Source: Chrysochromulina tobinii
Lineage: Eukaryota
Length of the DNA: 37,610 nt
Reading direction: 5' to 3'
NCBI GenBank assembly: GCA_001275005.1
Contig: JWZX01002199.1
Coordinates: 1-37,610 of the forward strand
The notes under the pieces: generated by a model
Told to the model about the DNA's origin: nothing
What the model saw: the letters and a program-made list of their open reading frames with translations, nothing else
The model's database searches: none
Shown here: positions 19,251-28,879 of the stretch, piece by piece
Numbering within the stretch: the stretch's first letter is position 1
Layout: the number at the start of each line of letters is the position of its first letter
Made by a program: the position numbers and the translations under genes

Positions 19251-21761
19251 CTAAATTCTGGCGGTGGCTCGAGCCGGCGGCGGCACGGCCGCACACTCGC
19301 GCTCTGCCTCCGCCGCCTCCAGGTGGTTGCGCAGCCGCCCTTGCAGTCGCGTAATCTCAACTCGCAGATTGAGCAGCTCCGTGCCACTCAGGTTGAGCGC
19401 GGCTCTTTCTGCGGGGGCCATCAAGTTGCGTTGCTCGGCGCCATCGGCCTGCAGGTCGTAGAGCTGCAGTGGCCGCCAGTAAGCTGCATGATGCTTATTG
19501 ACCTGATAATTGTGCGTCGGGTCTGTCGTGCCGCCCTTGGCAATCGGCTTGATGCGTGGAGCGTAGAGCAAGCGGTAGCGGCTCGTGCTGACCGCACGAG
19601 CTTCTCCCACTTCGCAGAAGAGGATGCGTTCATGGGGCGTTCCGTGCGCCCACGCGTCCTGCCACGTCGAGACGACGTGCTCGGCACGGGCAATAGCCTG
19701 TGCGTCCGACAGTGCATCCGACTGCACGTCCAGCGCGGCGGTGCTCATCAAGAGTGGCGCCAAGCTCCTACCGGTGAGCTGCTCTGCGAGCGGGTCCGAT
19801 GGCACCCGCGGTACCAACTCATCATCGAAGGCTGTGGTCGCTGGAGCCGAGAGCGGCGGCACGAGGGCGGGCCGCTCCACAAGTAACGGTTCGGCCTCAG
19901 GCTCCTTGAGTTCAGCATTCTCGAATGGGGACGAATTCGACCGAATGGGACGATTAGTCTCTTCGAGTTGGACCGAAGCCTCGTCCACGCCGTAGTTGAG
20001 GGTGTCATTGGGGGTTAGGGCCAGCACGCGGCGCTCCCCTGATGGCGAGGGCTGCTGCTTCGCAGGCTGCAGTACGTCCTTCCGTTGCTGCTGCTGCGGC
20101 GGCGGCGGCGGCGGCGGCAGTCGGTAGAGAGGAACGTTGGCTGCATGCAAAAGGGTGGGCAGCAAATCAAGATGCGAGACGAGGTGGGGGTAGGCGGTCA
20201 GGCGCGGTGCGAGCTTCGCCGGCCAGCGCAGCAGCAGCGGCACACGCGAGCCACCCGTGTAGCAATGCCCCTTGTCGAATGCCGCGTGGTCTGAGGTGAA
20301 GATTGTCAGCGTGCTGGCATCCTGCCCGCTCTCTCGTAGCGATTGGAGCACAGCGCTAACCCCTTCGTCCATCCATGCGAGCGCGAGCGGGTAATGCCGG
20401 TGACCGAAGCGCGGATCGCTCTCAATTGCCTCGTCCATCATGATGGGCTGCCGCCCTTGCGCGCCCTGTGCGCCGGTGCCGGTACGCGGAAGCAGTGCCT
20501 TGACACTCACCTTCGCCAGCCGGCACGCGCGCTTGCGCGAGGCCATCACATGCGAGCTGTTCGCAGCCCAAAGCCCGCCCGGCGTGTAGCGCGGGTCAGC
20601 CTGCATGCTGGTGAGCACCTCGGGATTGTGCGGCAGCGTCCATCCTACGTACAGGAAGAAGGGTGTCACCTTGCCACGCGCCATGGTCATGAACCGCACA
20701 GCGCCGTCGGCGATCCACTCAATGTTGTGCAGGAGCATGGCCGAAGGGAGCACATGCTGCCCCGGGTATAGGTTATTGACGTAGAGCCGCTCGGCAAAGT
20801 CAAAGCCGCATCGACGCACGTGCATCTGGACTGCCCGGTACTCGGCTTGCACTGTGGTTTTGACTGTGCGCCAGCTCGCCAGGCTGCTCGACACGACACG
20901 CTGCCGCTCTGCCGTACTGGCTCTCGGCGCAGGGTAGCCTAGGTGCCACTTGCCCACGATGCCGGTCGCGTACCCGCGCGCTCGCAGCAGGCTGGCGGCT
21001 GTTGGCATCGAGCACGTAGCGCTTCCACGCTCTTCTTCAGCGAGGTGATCCACAGCACTCGAGCGGTTGGAGCCCGCATCATGCGCGGCGCCGGCGCCGG
21101 CTGCACGCTCGCGCAAGGGCAAGTTGATGTTGAAGCCAATGGCCGCCAGCTCCGGGCTCATCGCCGAGAGCCCATCGACGCCAATCTGCTCGACTTTTGG
21201 CCGCGGCGTCGAGCTATGGAAGGCGCACGATGGATGGCGGCCTGTGAGCAGTGCATACCGGCTCGGCGTGCACAGCGGCCCCGGCGTGTGGCAGTTAGCG
21301 AATCGGACGCCGCCGGCACCGAGCGAGTCGGTGCTGGGCGTGAACCCTTTGCCAAGATCGTGCGGCTGCAAGTCGTCAGCCACCATGAACACTATGTTTG
21401 GCAAAGCACTGCGAGGCACTGGCACGTCTGAGCGATAAAATGGCGAGACCCCACGGGCATATTGCTTCACAAGTAGCCGGCGAGGCAAAGTCTGTCCGGC
21501 GACATTATAGTTTTTATTGCGTGCAGCCTCGGCGGCTACTTGTGAAGCTGCCGTCAGCGACGCAGTGCCGTTCCGAAGTGATGTCAACACGAGGCCACTC
21601 TCTTCGATTGGCGGTGATGAGGGCGGCAGCAAATCTTGCGGCACGCGCGGTGCCTCGGGCTGCGTGTGGCCTTCGGACAAGATGAGAAAATAGGCTGCGA
21701 TCAGCAAGGTCTGCAAGAGTATGAGAGCACCAGCGAACACGCGAGGTTTTGACGCGAGCAT
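19251..21761 (-). CDS. Formylglycine-dependent sulfatase (family S1) with N-terminal membrane anchor
   Basis: PNIVFMVADDL, LCTPSRYALLTG (CxPxR), GKWHLG, FTSDH, KG, RVPLLLRWP, DLLPTLL, GRSLAPLL, QLYDL..D..E..NL. N-terminal TM VFAGALILLQTLLIAAYFLIL. Confidence 0.92.
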   Translation of the reverse strand: MLASKPRVFAGALILLQTLLIAAYFLILSEGHTQPEAPRVPQDLLPPSSPPIEESGLVLTSLRNGTASLTAASQVAAEAARNKNYNVAGQTLPRRLLVKQYARGVSPFYRSDVPVPRSALPNIVFMVADDLQPHDLGKGFTPSTDSLGAGGVRFANCHTPGPLCTPSRYALLTGRHPSCAFHSSTPRPKVEQIGVDGLSAMSPELAAIGFNINLPLRERAAGAGAAHDAGSNRSSAVDHLAEEERGSATCSMPTAASLLRARGYATGIVGKWHLGYPAPRASTAERQRVVSSSLASWRTVKTTVQAEYRAVQMHVRRCGFDFAERLYVNNLYPGQHVLPSAMLLHNIEWIADGAVRFMTMARGKVTPFFLYVGWTLPHNPEVLTSMQADPRYTPGGLWAANSSHVMASRKRACRLAKVSVKALLPRTGTGAQGAQGRQPIMMDEAIESDPRFGHRHYPLALAWMDEGVSAVLQSLRESGQDASTLTIFTSDHAAFDKGHCYTGGSRVPLLLRWPAKLAPRLTAYPHLVSHLDLLPTLLHAANVPLYRLPPPPPPPQQQQRKDVLQPAKQQPSPSGERRVLALTPNDTLNYGVDEASVQLEETNRPIRSNSSPFENAELKEPEAEPLLVERPALVPPLSAPATTAFDDELVPRVPSDPLAEQLTGRSLAPLLMSTAALDVQSDALSDAQAIARAEHVVSTWQDAWAHGTPHERILFCEVGEARAVSTSRYRLLYAPRIKPIAKGGTTDPTHNYQVNKHHAAYWRPLQLYDLQADGAEQRNLMAPAERAALNLSGTELLNLRVEITRLQGRLRNHLEAAEAERECAAVPPPARATARI

Positions 21762-22005
21762 GTTTTGTAACAGGCGCTGCAGCCGACGAACCACCGGTCT
21801 CGCGCCAAGCCACCCATAGACGATCCCATGACGGACGCGCCTGAAGGGTCGGAAGAGGTGTGAATGTATCGGTGTTTTCTAAAGGAGGCTGGGAACTCCT
21901 TAATTGTAGATATGGAAGGCGCGAGAAGTTGGAAACAGCTGAAGCGATATTGAAATCACCTACCCCGATTTCTAAGGAAACCACCCTCCCGCCCCCCCCC
22001 GGAGC

Positions 22006-24018
22006 CTACGGCTGTAAAGCGAAAGCGAAAGCGACCTCCTCCTCCTGTGAGAGTGCTACCGCGCAGCGGCGCGTCTCAGAGTGCTGCGGCCCGAGGACTG
22101 TCCTCATGCGCTCAAGAGCCGATTTCAGTGAATGGATCCCTCCACCTGCCGCGCACTCGAGCCGTGCGTGGATGGCCTCGAGCATCAGCGTCGTGTCCAC
22201 CATAGGGCCCAGTGCTTCACGCGCCGTGCTGATCACGCGTGCATCTACGAGTGCGCGGGCGCTCTCCAAGCGGCCTTGTGCGCGGCGCACGTCTGCGAGC
22301 CAGGCTTGTGAGCGCAGCCGTGTGCGATGGCCCTCCGCGAGCGTTGCGATGCAGCCGCCAAGTGCTTCGAACAGCAGAGTCTCGGCCTCGCCCAGCTGGC
22401 CCTGGTCATGCAGCAGCCGCCCCAGATTGCTGATTGTGGTGAGCGTGCTCGGGTGCCGATTGCCGAGCGTCGCACGAAACCCCTCGAGCGCCTCGCGGAG
22501 CAATACCCTCGCATCCTCCAGCTGGCCCTGGGCTTGCAGCAGCGACCCCAGATTGTTGGTGGAGGCAAGCGTGTTCGGGTGACGAGTGCCGAGAATTGCA
22601 CGGCTCGCCTCGAGCGCCTCGCGGAGCAAGACACCCGCGTCCTCGAGCTGGCCCTGGCCCTGCAGCAGCATCCCCAGATTGCTGATGGAGTCGAGCGTTT
22701 CCGGGTGCCGATTGCCGAGCGTCGCACGGCACCCCTCGAGCGCCTCGCGGAGCAAGACACCCGCGTCCTCGAGCTGGCCCTGGTCTTGCAGCAGCGTCCC
22801 TAGACAGTTGATGGAGTCGAGCGTTTCCGGGTGCCAGTTGCCGAACCTGGCACGCCGTGCCTCTAGCGCCTCGCGGTACAAGACCTCCGCGCCCTCGAGC
22901 TGGCCCTGGGCCTGCAGCAGCAACCCCAGGTTTATCTGCAGTGCCGACGTCGCCCGCTTCTTTCGCGGCATGCGCATCAGCGCGGCGCGGCCCTCCGCCG
23001 CAAGCCACTCGCGCAGCGACGCGCACACCGTCTTCGTCACCGCGCCGATGCCGCCCTCGAGCTTCGCTACCTCTGCCAGGATGTAGTCGCGATCCTCGAT
23101 CTTGGTGATCTGCGCGTCGGCCGCGTCCAGGCACGCCACGATGCCCGCAATCTCGCCCAAGTCGAACGTCAGCAGCGCCTCGAAGCCATCGACGTCCGCG
23201 GGCGCGAGCACCACGTGCAGCGTGGCGCCCTTGGCGAGCGCCTTGACGAGCTCGAACAAGCACCACGCGCGCGTCATCGCGCCCGGTCCGCGGCGCACCC
23301 AGCCGGCTGGCGGCTCTCCGCGATCAGGCAGGAAATAGGGCTGCTTTGGCGCGGGCCACTCGGCCGTGAGCGGCGAGCAGTACAGGAGGATCTCGCTGAT
23401 GGCCGCCATCGCATCGGAAAAGACGTGGTCCGTGTCCTCCTTGCGCGCCGTGTGCTCCTCGCTGCCCCGGGGGTAGCGCTCGGCATCAAACTCGCCCGAG
23501 AGCAGCGTCTGCGAGGCTGCAAAGATGTCGATCCATACGTAGCGCGTCACGCCGTCGGCGGCCTCAAGCTCGGTCAGCCTGCGCTCGATGGCATCGAGCA
23601 TGTCACCCAGCTTCGTTCCCTCCCACGAGTACGAGAAGAAGGTGGTCGCGAGGCCGATGAGCGCGCCCACAACCTCGCCGCGCGCCTCCGCCGCGAGCGC
23701 GAGCGACTCGATGAGCGAGAGACCCGTCGAGCGCGTGAGCGCGCACACGCTCCACTCGAAGCCCTCCTCCTTGATCAGGTCGCCCATCAGCATGCCGAGC
23801 GCGCCGCGCACGCGGAAGAAGCACCGGATGGCGCGCAGCATCGCACGGGTTATTCCACGCTGGCCGCTCGGCAGGCGGAGCTTGTGCGGGCGCACCGGCA
23901 CGTCGAGCGTGCCCTTGGGCACGCGCGCCGTCGCGATGGCGTCAAAGAGCGCTTCGGCAAGGGAATCGGCGATGCCGCAACCCTTCGATGTCGCGCAGCC
24001 CGAGCCGCGCAAGCGCAT
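22006..24018 (-). CDS. HET/TIR-like domain fused to 42-aa kinesin-light-chain-type TPR repeats
   Basis: N-terminal FFSYSW...YVWIDIFA...TRAWCLFE motif set. C-terminal repeats NLG.LLQ.QGQLEDA.VLLREALE..RA.LG.RHP.TL. The true N-terminus is uncertain. Confidence 0.8.
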   Translation of the reverse strand: MRLRGSGCATSKGCGIADSLAEALFDAIATARVPKGTLDVPVRPHKLRLPSGQRGITRAMLRAIRCFFRVRGALGMLMGDLIKEEGFEWSVCALTRSTGLSLIESLALAAEARGEVVGALIGLATTFFSYSWEGTKLGDMLDAIERRLTELEAADGVTRYVWIDIFAASQTLLSGEFDAERYPRGSEEHTARKEDTDHVFSDAMAAISEILLYCSPLTAEWPAPKQPYFLPDRGEPPAGWVRRGPGAMTRAWCLFELVKALAKGATLHVVLAPADVDGFEALLTFDLGEIAGIVACLDAADAQITKIEDRDYILAEVAKLEGGIGAVTKTVCASLREWLAAEGRAALMRMPRKKRATSALQINLGLLLQAQGQLEGAEVLYREALEARRARFGNWHPETLDSINCLGTLLQDQGQLEDAGVLLREALEGCRATLGNRHPETLDSISNLGMLLQGQGQLEDAGVLLREALEASRAILGTRHPNTLASTNNLGSLLQAQGQLEDARVLLREALEGFRATLGNRHPSTLTTISNLGRLLHDQGQLGEAETLLFEALGGCIATLAEGHRTRLRSQAWLADVRRAQGRLESARALVDARVISTAREALGPMVDTTLMLEAIHARLECAAGGGIHSLKSALERMRTVLGPQHSETRRCAVALSQEEEVAFAFALQP
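22305..22935 (-). repeat. 126-bp coding tandem repeat (five highly similar TPR units)
   Basis: Units such as CTCGAGCGCCTCGCGGAGCAAGACACCCGCGTCCTCGAGCTGGCCCTGG recur at 126-bp spacing with high DNA identity. Confidence 0.9.
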
Positions 24019-24256
24019 CCCTCTGTACGGCCAATGGGCTGGAGCCCGACCGTGCCCTCAGCTCCTACATTGTAAAGTTTGCACCGGGCTCGATTTTCAC
24101 GTACGCGTCACCTCTAAACCAAGGAAAAAAGGGAAAGGGGTCAATTCCACCTTAGTCCAAATAATGGTTGCGCTCAACACGGCGGTTGATCAAAGTTCGA
24201 AGCATATCAAGAATCTGATCGTGGTCGCGGCCTCCTAAGGAAGAAACGCGGAAGGG

Positions 24257-24560
24257 ATGAGCCATACTCCATCCTCCGTACCGGAGGAATATGCTGGCAC
24301 GAGAGGCAAGCCATGGGGGCGTCTCAAGTCCATCGGCAAGCAAAATGCCGGCAGTCACGAGCTGCACGCTATGACGGTGAGCATTGGCCGCAGGAGAGAG
24401 TGCACCGTCGAGATTCCTCCATCGAGTGAACATGCGGTAATCTCCGGACACCACTGCACGCTGCTCACCTTCAACCGAGGCCTTGATTTGATCGATGCAG
24501 GGAGCCTCTCCTCGATGAACTCGTATAACACGCTCCGGCCGGTCGGGAGAAAAAATGCTA
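24257..24560 (+). pseudogene. Degenerate or partial FHA domain (CHFR/Chk2-like N-terminus)
   Basis: PWGRL...VSIGRRRECTV...VISGHHCTL matches FHA GR and SxxH motifs. The expected NGT motif is absent or decayed and no downstream domain follows. Confidence 0.55.
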
Positions 24561-25136
24561 GCTGGCCACACTCGAGACATCAGCCATCCGACGGACGAGG
24601 GCGACATGCTTGTCCCTGTGTCCCGGATACGAGCTTTACCCGTTCGAAGCGAGAGGGTGGTTTCACACTTTTGAACACAAAATAATAATCAATTCCCACG
24701 CTATCTTGTTCATCCCCGCTTCCCCGCGTATATATGAATATATAGACAAAACACGGAACGGAGCGCACCGGCGTCGACGCCAGCGCGGGCCCACGGCGAC
24801 CGGGGGCGTGGCCCCCGCGGTCCGGCGGGACCCGCGGGCGCCGGCGTCGCGGCGTCGGTTGCGGTTGCCGCCCGATATCGCGTGTATGTCCGCAGTGCGG
24901 GCGCACACTATACACAGTCAGGAAACTCATCGCACTCTCTGCACACAGCCGGCCGTGGGGCCGGCGCCGGTACTGTCAGGTCACGTCGCCGGGACGGTCA
25001 CGTCGCCGGGACGCTGCGCAGCCTGGCGGTGGGCTGGCCCATGGCATCGCCGTCGGCAAGAAAGACTCGCCGAACTGGCGCGCCATATGCCGAAGCTAAC
25101 TCCGAAGCCAGGCGCAGATCTGATGCAATCTCCTCC

Positions 25137-25250
25137 GTCCTCGAGCGGTTTCTGGCGGTAGCTTTGCTGCGGCTGCGTGTACATGTCGCAAAAGCTGCAC
25201 TTGTTCCATGAGCACCCGATGGTCACCTGGAGGATGAGCGAGTCTGCCTC
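25137..25250 (-). pseudogene. 38-codon fragment of a radical SAM enzyme
   Basis: EADSLILQVTIGCSWNKCSFCDMYTQPQQSYRQKPLED contains the three-Cys cluster-binding motif (here Cx4Cx2C) in a typical LILQVT.GC context. Both flanks are unrelated. Confidence 0.7.
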
Positions 25251-25398
25251 CCGCCGATGTCAGCGTGGTTGGCGCCGTTCGCCTGTGAATGAAAGCGGCT
25301 GCAGCTCTCCCCAGATATCGTACTGTGAAGAGAAGCCGCAATACTTGTAATGTTACCAATTCCGAGCCCACATGTTGTATCTCTGGTGAACCCCTTAT

Positions 25399-26688
25399 CT
25401 ACACCTGCGCGTGCACACCCTGCTTTCCCCGCGGCACGATGTGCGGCGCGTCCGACACACGCAGCGGCGCCACGGGCACACGCACGTGGTCGCTACCCGG
25501 GATCTGGTACCACGTTCCTGCTTGTTCCAGGCCTCGGAAACTCAAGTCAATGCCCTGGAGGCGGCCGAGGCTGGCGATCCCTGAGCGTAGCAGGTTCGGA
25601 CCCTGCGTGCTCAGGCATGTCAGAATCTTGAGCAGTTTGGATTGACCAACGTCGCCCGTCCAGAGCTCCGAGATGAAGTGGAACTGGTCGCTGGCCGCTA
25701 GGAAGCGCAATCGTGAGGCCACGAGGGCCAGGTAGCTATGCTCGAACTTGTCGTCCCAGGGCGCCAGGTGCGTGAGGATCGTGGGCGCACGGCACTGGTA
25801 GCAGGAGATCCTGCCCCCGAGGGCGAGCGAAACCCAGATGCCCCACGGGGCATCCTCGGGGAGGTCGAAGATGCTCGCGTCCTGGTCCACGAAGAAGTCC
25901 ATGTTCGTGAACGCGATCTCGGACGCAAACTGGAAGACGCTCGTGGTGAACTCCAGCGCCTCGTGGGTCTTGTTGAAGTCGCGCGCCATGAGCCTTCCTG
26001 CGGCGGCGTGCCCTCGATCTTTGCAGCAGACGAGCGTGATGTAGATGGGCAGCAGGTAGTAGAGTACCCGGTACGCCAGCGCCAGGCATGAGAGGTCCTC
26101 GCTGAGCTGGCCTCTCGAAGATGGCCCGCCATTTGGATTACGGTGAGTCCGCATGCGCTCCGTCAAGGCCTGGAGGGGAACGCTCGCCCACCAGGTGTGC
26201 TCCGAGTCTAAAGTCGCGGCGACGTCGAACAGGATGTCGAAACCGGCCTCGACATTGTTAAATGGGCTCGGAAGATGCCAGCCCGCAACTCGGAGAACGA
26301 CCATGACCAAGAGCACGGCCTCCTTGTCGAACTGCTCCTTGTCCAGGTAGTGCGCGCCGTTGGTCACCCAGAGCTCGAGGATCTCGTGGCCGCACTGCAT
26401 GAGGAGCTTGAGGAAGAGCTCCATCCGGTTCTGGAGGTCCTCAGGGTCGATGGTCCCCAGCCTGCGTCTCATACGCGTCACCTCGTCGTCGTCCTCGGCT
26501 GCTGCGAAAACTCGGAGACGATTCGCCAGGCTCTCGAGAGCTGGAGCGTGCCGTGGAAAAAGGCGTCGCGCAGCCTCGTCGTGGACGTGGACGAGGTTGG
26601 TGTCGGTCGCCACCACAACTGTGCGCACATCTGCCAATAAGGTTTTCTCGTCCTCAGTCAAAGCTTGTTGAGGTACAGCATTCGGCAT
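25399..26688 (-). CDS. Orphan hypothetical protein, 429 aa
   Basis: Uninterrupted ORF with globular-protein composition and GC3-biased codons, preceded by an A-rich leader (AAAAAAAGAGGATAAAGAGAAATC-ATG). No family recognised. Confidence 0.65.
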   Translation of the reverse strand: MPNAVPQQALTEDEKTLLADVRTVVVATDTNLVHVHDEAARRLFPRHAPALESLANRLRVFAAAEDDDEVTRMRRRLGTIDPEDLQNRMELFLKLLMQCGHEILELWVTNGAHYLDKEQFDKEAVLLVMVVLRVAGWHLPSPFNNVEAGFDILFDVAATLDSEHTWWASVPLQALTERMRTHRNPNGGPSSRGQLSEDLSCLALAYRVLYYLLPIYITLVCCKDRGHAAAGRLMARDFNKTHEALEFTTSVFQFASEIAFTNMDFFVDQDASIFDLPEDAPWGIWVSLALGGRISCYQCRAPTILTHLAPWDDKFEHSYLALVASRLRFLAASDQFHFISELWTGDVGQSKLLKILTCLSTQGPNLLRSGIASLGRLQGIDLSFRGLEQAGTWYQIPGSDHVRVPVAPLRVSDAPHIVPRGKQGVHAQV

Positions 26689-27416
26689 GATTTCTCTTTA
26701 TCCTCTTTTTTTGCGCAAAGTTGCCTTATTTGGATGCGATCCTCTCCTGCATATGACCTAAATTTGTAGACGGGAACGCGAGAGCGGCTGGCTCGGCGAG
26801 TCTCCTCCTCTTTGCCCCCCTCTCGACTCCGGATCAACCCGCGCCTTCCATCGAGGGTCTTGCGAGGAGTGACTGGCCCAGCGCTGATCGGGTCCACGAG
26901 TCCACCACGGATACATGGAACGCCCCGGACGCAAGCGTCCATACTCTGGAACACTTCTCGATCCGGCACTCGTCTGCCTCCGCTCTCTCAAGCGTGCCTT
27001 TCACTGATGCAGGTCTTCAACATCTTTTCAACATCATGCTCGCGCGCGCGTGCGAGCGATTGGCTCCGGCTACGGCAGCTGCTCCCCATGACCTTCGCAT
27101 GACGCAGGGAGCCGTTCATAGCTTCCGTGCACAACCAAATCTTCCATCGCGCATCGCGCAGCTCACCATTCGGAAGCTGCACGTGCCTTTGTGCAAATCA
27201 CAAAGCCGCGCGGCGGCGACGCACAAGTTGGCGAGTAGCATGGTACGCGACCGGCGCGTTTTCTGCCCTTGTCATTTCGCACCCGCATCCGGCAGAATGG
27301 TCATGCCCGTGGCACATCGGGTGCGAGGTGCGTGATTGAGTGTCGTGTGAGGGTGACCTTAAATCGGTGGGGGTCTGAGTTGAACATGTATTGAGCTGAC
27401 ACTCGCAGTGTCCCAT

Positions 27417-28426
27417 TTAACGCTCTAGTCTCAAAACAATGACAACGCACACACCGCCCGCACCCACTGTTCTAGTGAAGTAACGACTCAGTGGTCGCAT
27501 GGAACAGCGCCGCCGGCCCCCCTTGGTGTCGGCTTGGGCGACCTCGAAGGTGGCGGCACGCGCGAGCGAGACGCCGGTCGCAAGGTGCGCGAGCGTTGCG
27601 TACCCGTTGCGGCGCATCCGATCGGCAAAGAGCGAGCTGTGCACCGCGCGCGTCTCCGTTGGTCCACCGGCCGCCGCGTCGGTCGAGGCGACGCCGGTAG
27701 TGTCGGCGTGCAAAGCCCAGCACGCGCTGCACACGCGCACGCGTACGGGCGCCGAGTCGGGCGCGATCGGCTGCCCGTCCTCCTGTAGCAGTGGCGCGAG
27801 AGTCGTCATCGGGGTTCAGAGGGAAGGCCACCGGGGTACAGGGACGACGCCGCGGGGACTGCCTAACATGGACTGCCTAACATGGGCGGGGACAGGGCAG
27901 GCGGAGGATAGGGCGAGCGGGGCGGGCTGACAGGGGCGCGTGAGAAGGGAGAGGCGAGCGGGGCGGCAACGCGCATGGTGGTGCGCGCGCGCAAGGGTGG
28001 GGGGTCGCCGTGGCCACGGAGTTGGACACGGGCGGTGGTGCGGGCAGGTCGGAGGCCCCCGCGGGTGCTTCCGGTGGCATTGGTGCGCGCGCCCGCCGTG
28101 GCCATGGTGTTGGTCGTGCACGCTTCGCAAAGGATGAGGGCGCAGATGCGGCAGTGGTGGCGCCGGTTGATGAGAGCGAAGGTCGCCTTGCACAGGTGGC
28201 ACGGCGGGTAGTTGCGGTCGAGGGCCCACCCTTCCTTGCGCAGGCGCAGCACGGGCGCCACAGGGCTGGCAGTGCTGCTCCGATGGCTCGCGCCGCGCCG
28301 CGTGGCTCGACAGGTGGCCGGTGGGATGCGCTGTTTAGTGCTCACGCGTACCACATCGCCTACACGCAAGACCTTGGCCGAAACAGGTCGCCACTGGGGG
28401 CAGTTCTCGGGACCGCTCTTTGGCAT
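27417..28426 (-). CDS. FYVE zinc-finger protein, probably two exons (intron about 28096-27783); may be partial
   Basis: Exon 1 has WALD, CHLC, RRHHCRIC, CEAC. The missing RVCSAC half-site lies in a separate ORF starting right after a CTACAG acceptor at 27783. Confidence 0.6.
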
Positions 28427-28569
28427 TTCGCTTCGTCTTCAAACTTGAATCGTTTTGGGCCTGATTTTGGAAGATTTTGCGCGCACGCGTCGGCGTCCGC
28501 GCCGAAACAACACACATTCAAAGTTGGGGCGGCTTGCAGACTGAAGCGCCGTTGCGAGCGCTCGTCCCA

Positions 28570-28779
28570 ATGAGCGGCGCGACCGACGACAGGCCGACGC
28601 TGGTGGAGGTGTTGCCCAAGGCAGGGCTCGTGTACTTGGAAAAGGGCAACCTGAGCGAGTTGCTGTGCAAGCCCAAGATCATGCCCATCAAGTCGGTGTC
28701 CCTCGAGAGGCTCGAGGCCATGGAGCAGCAGGCCGAGAACTTTAGGAAGAGCAACCCGACAACTGCGATGCCCAAGTGA
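28570..28779 (+). CDS. BBIP1: BBSome-interacting protein 1 (BBIP10/BBS18)
   Basis: EVLPKAGLVYLE...LCKPKIMPIKSVSLERLEAMEQQA matches the BBIP10 pattern EVLPK.G...LCKPK..P.KS..LE.LE.M; 69 aa. Confidence 0.85.
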   Translation: MSGATDDRPTLVEVLPKAGLVYLEKGNLSELLCKPKIMPIKSVSLERLEAMEQQAENFRKSNPTTAMPK

Positions 28780-28879
28780 ACGCGTGGCTAGTCACAACCT
28801 CCAGGGGCGTGCTAAGGCAACGAGGTAGGAGGTCTATGCCCACGCGCGCGTGCCGGCGTATCTGCGTGAGCTCGTGTTG

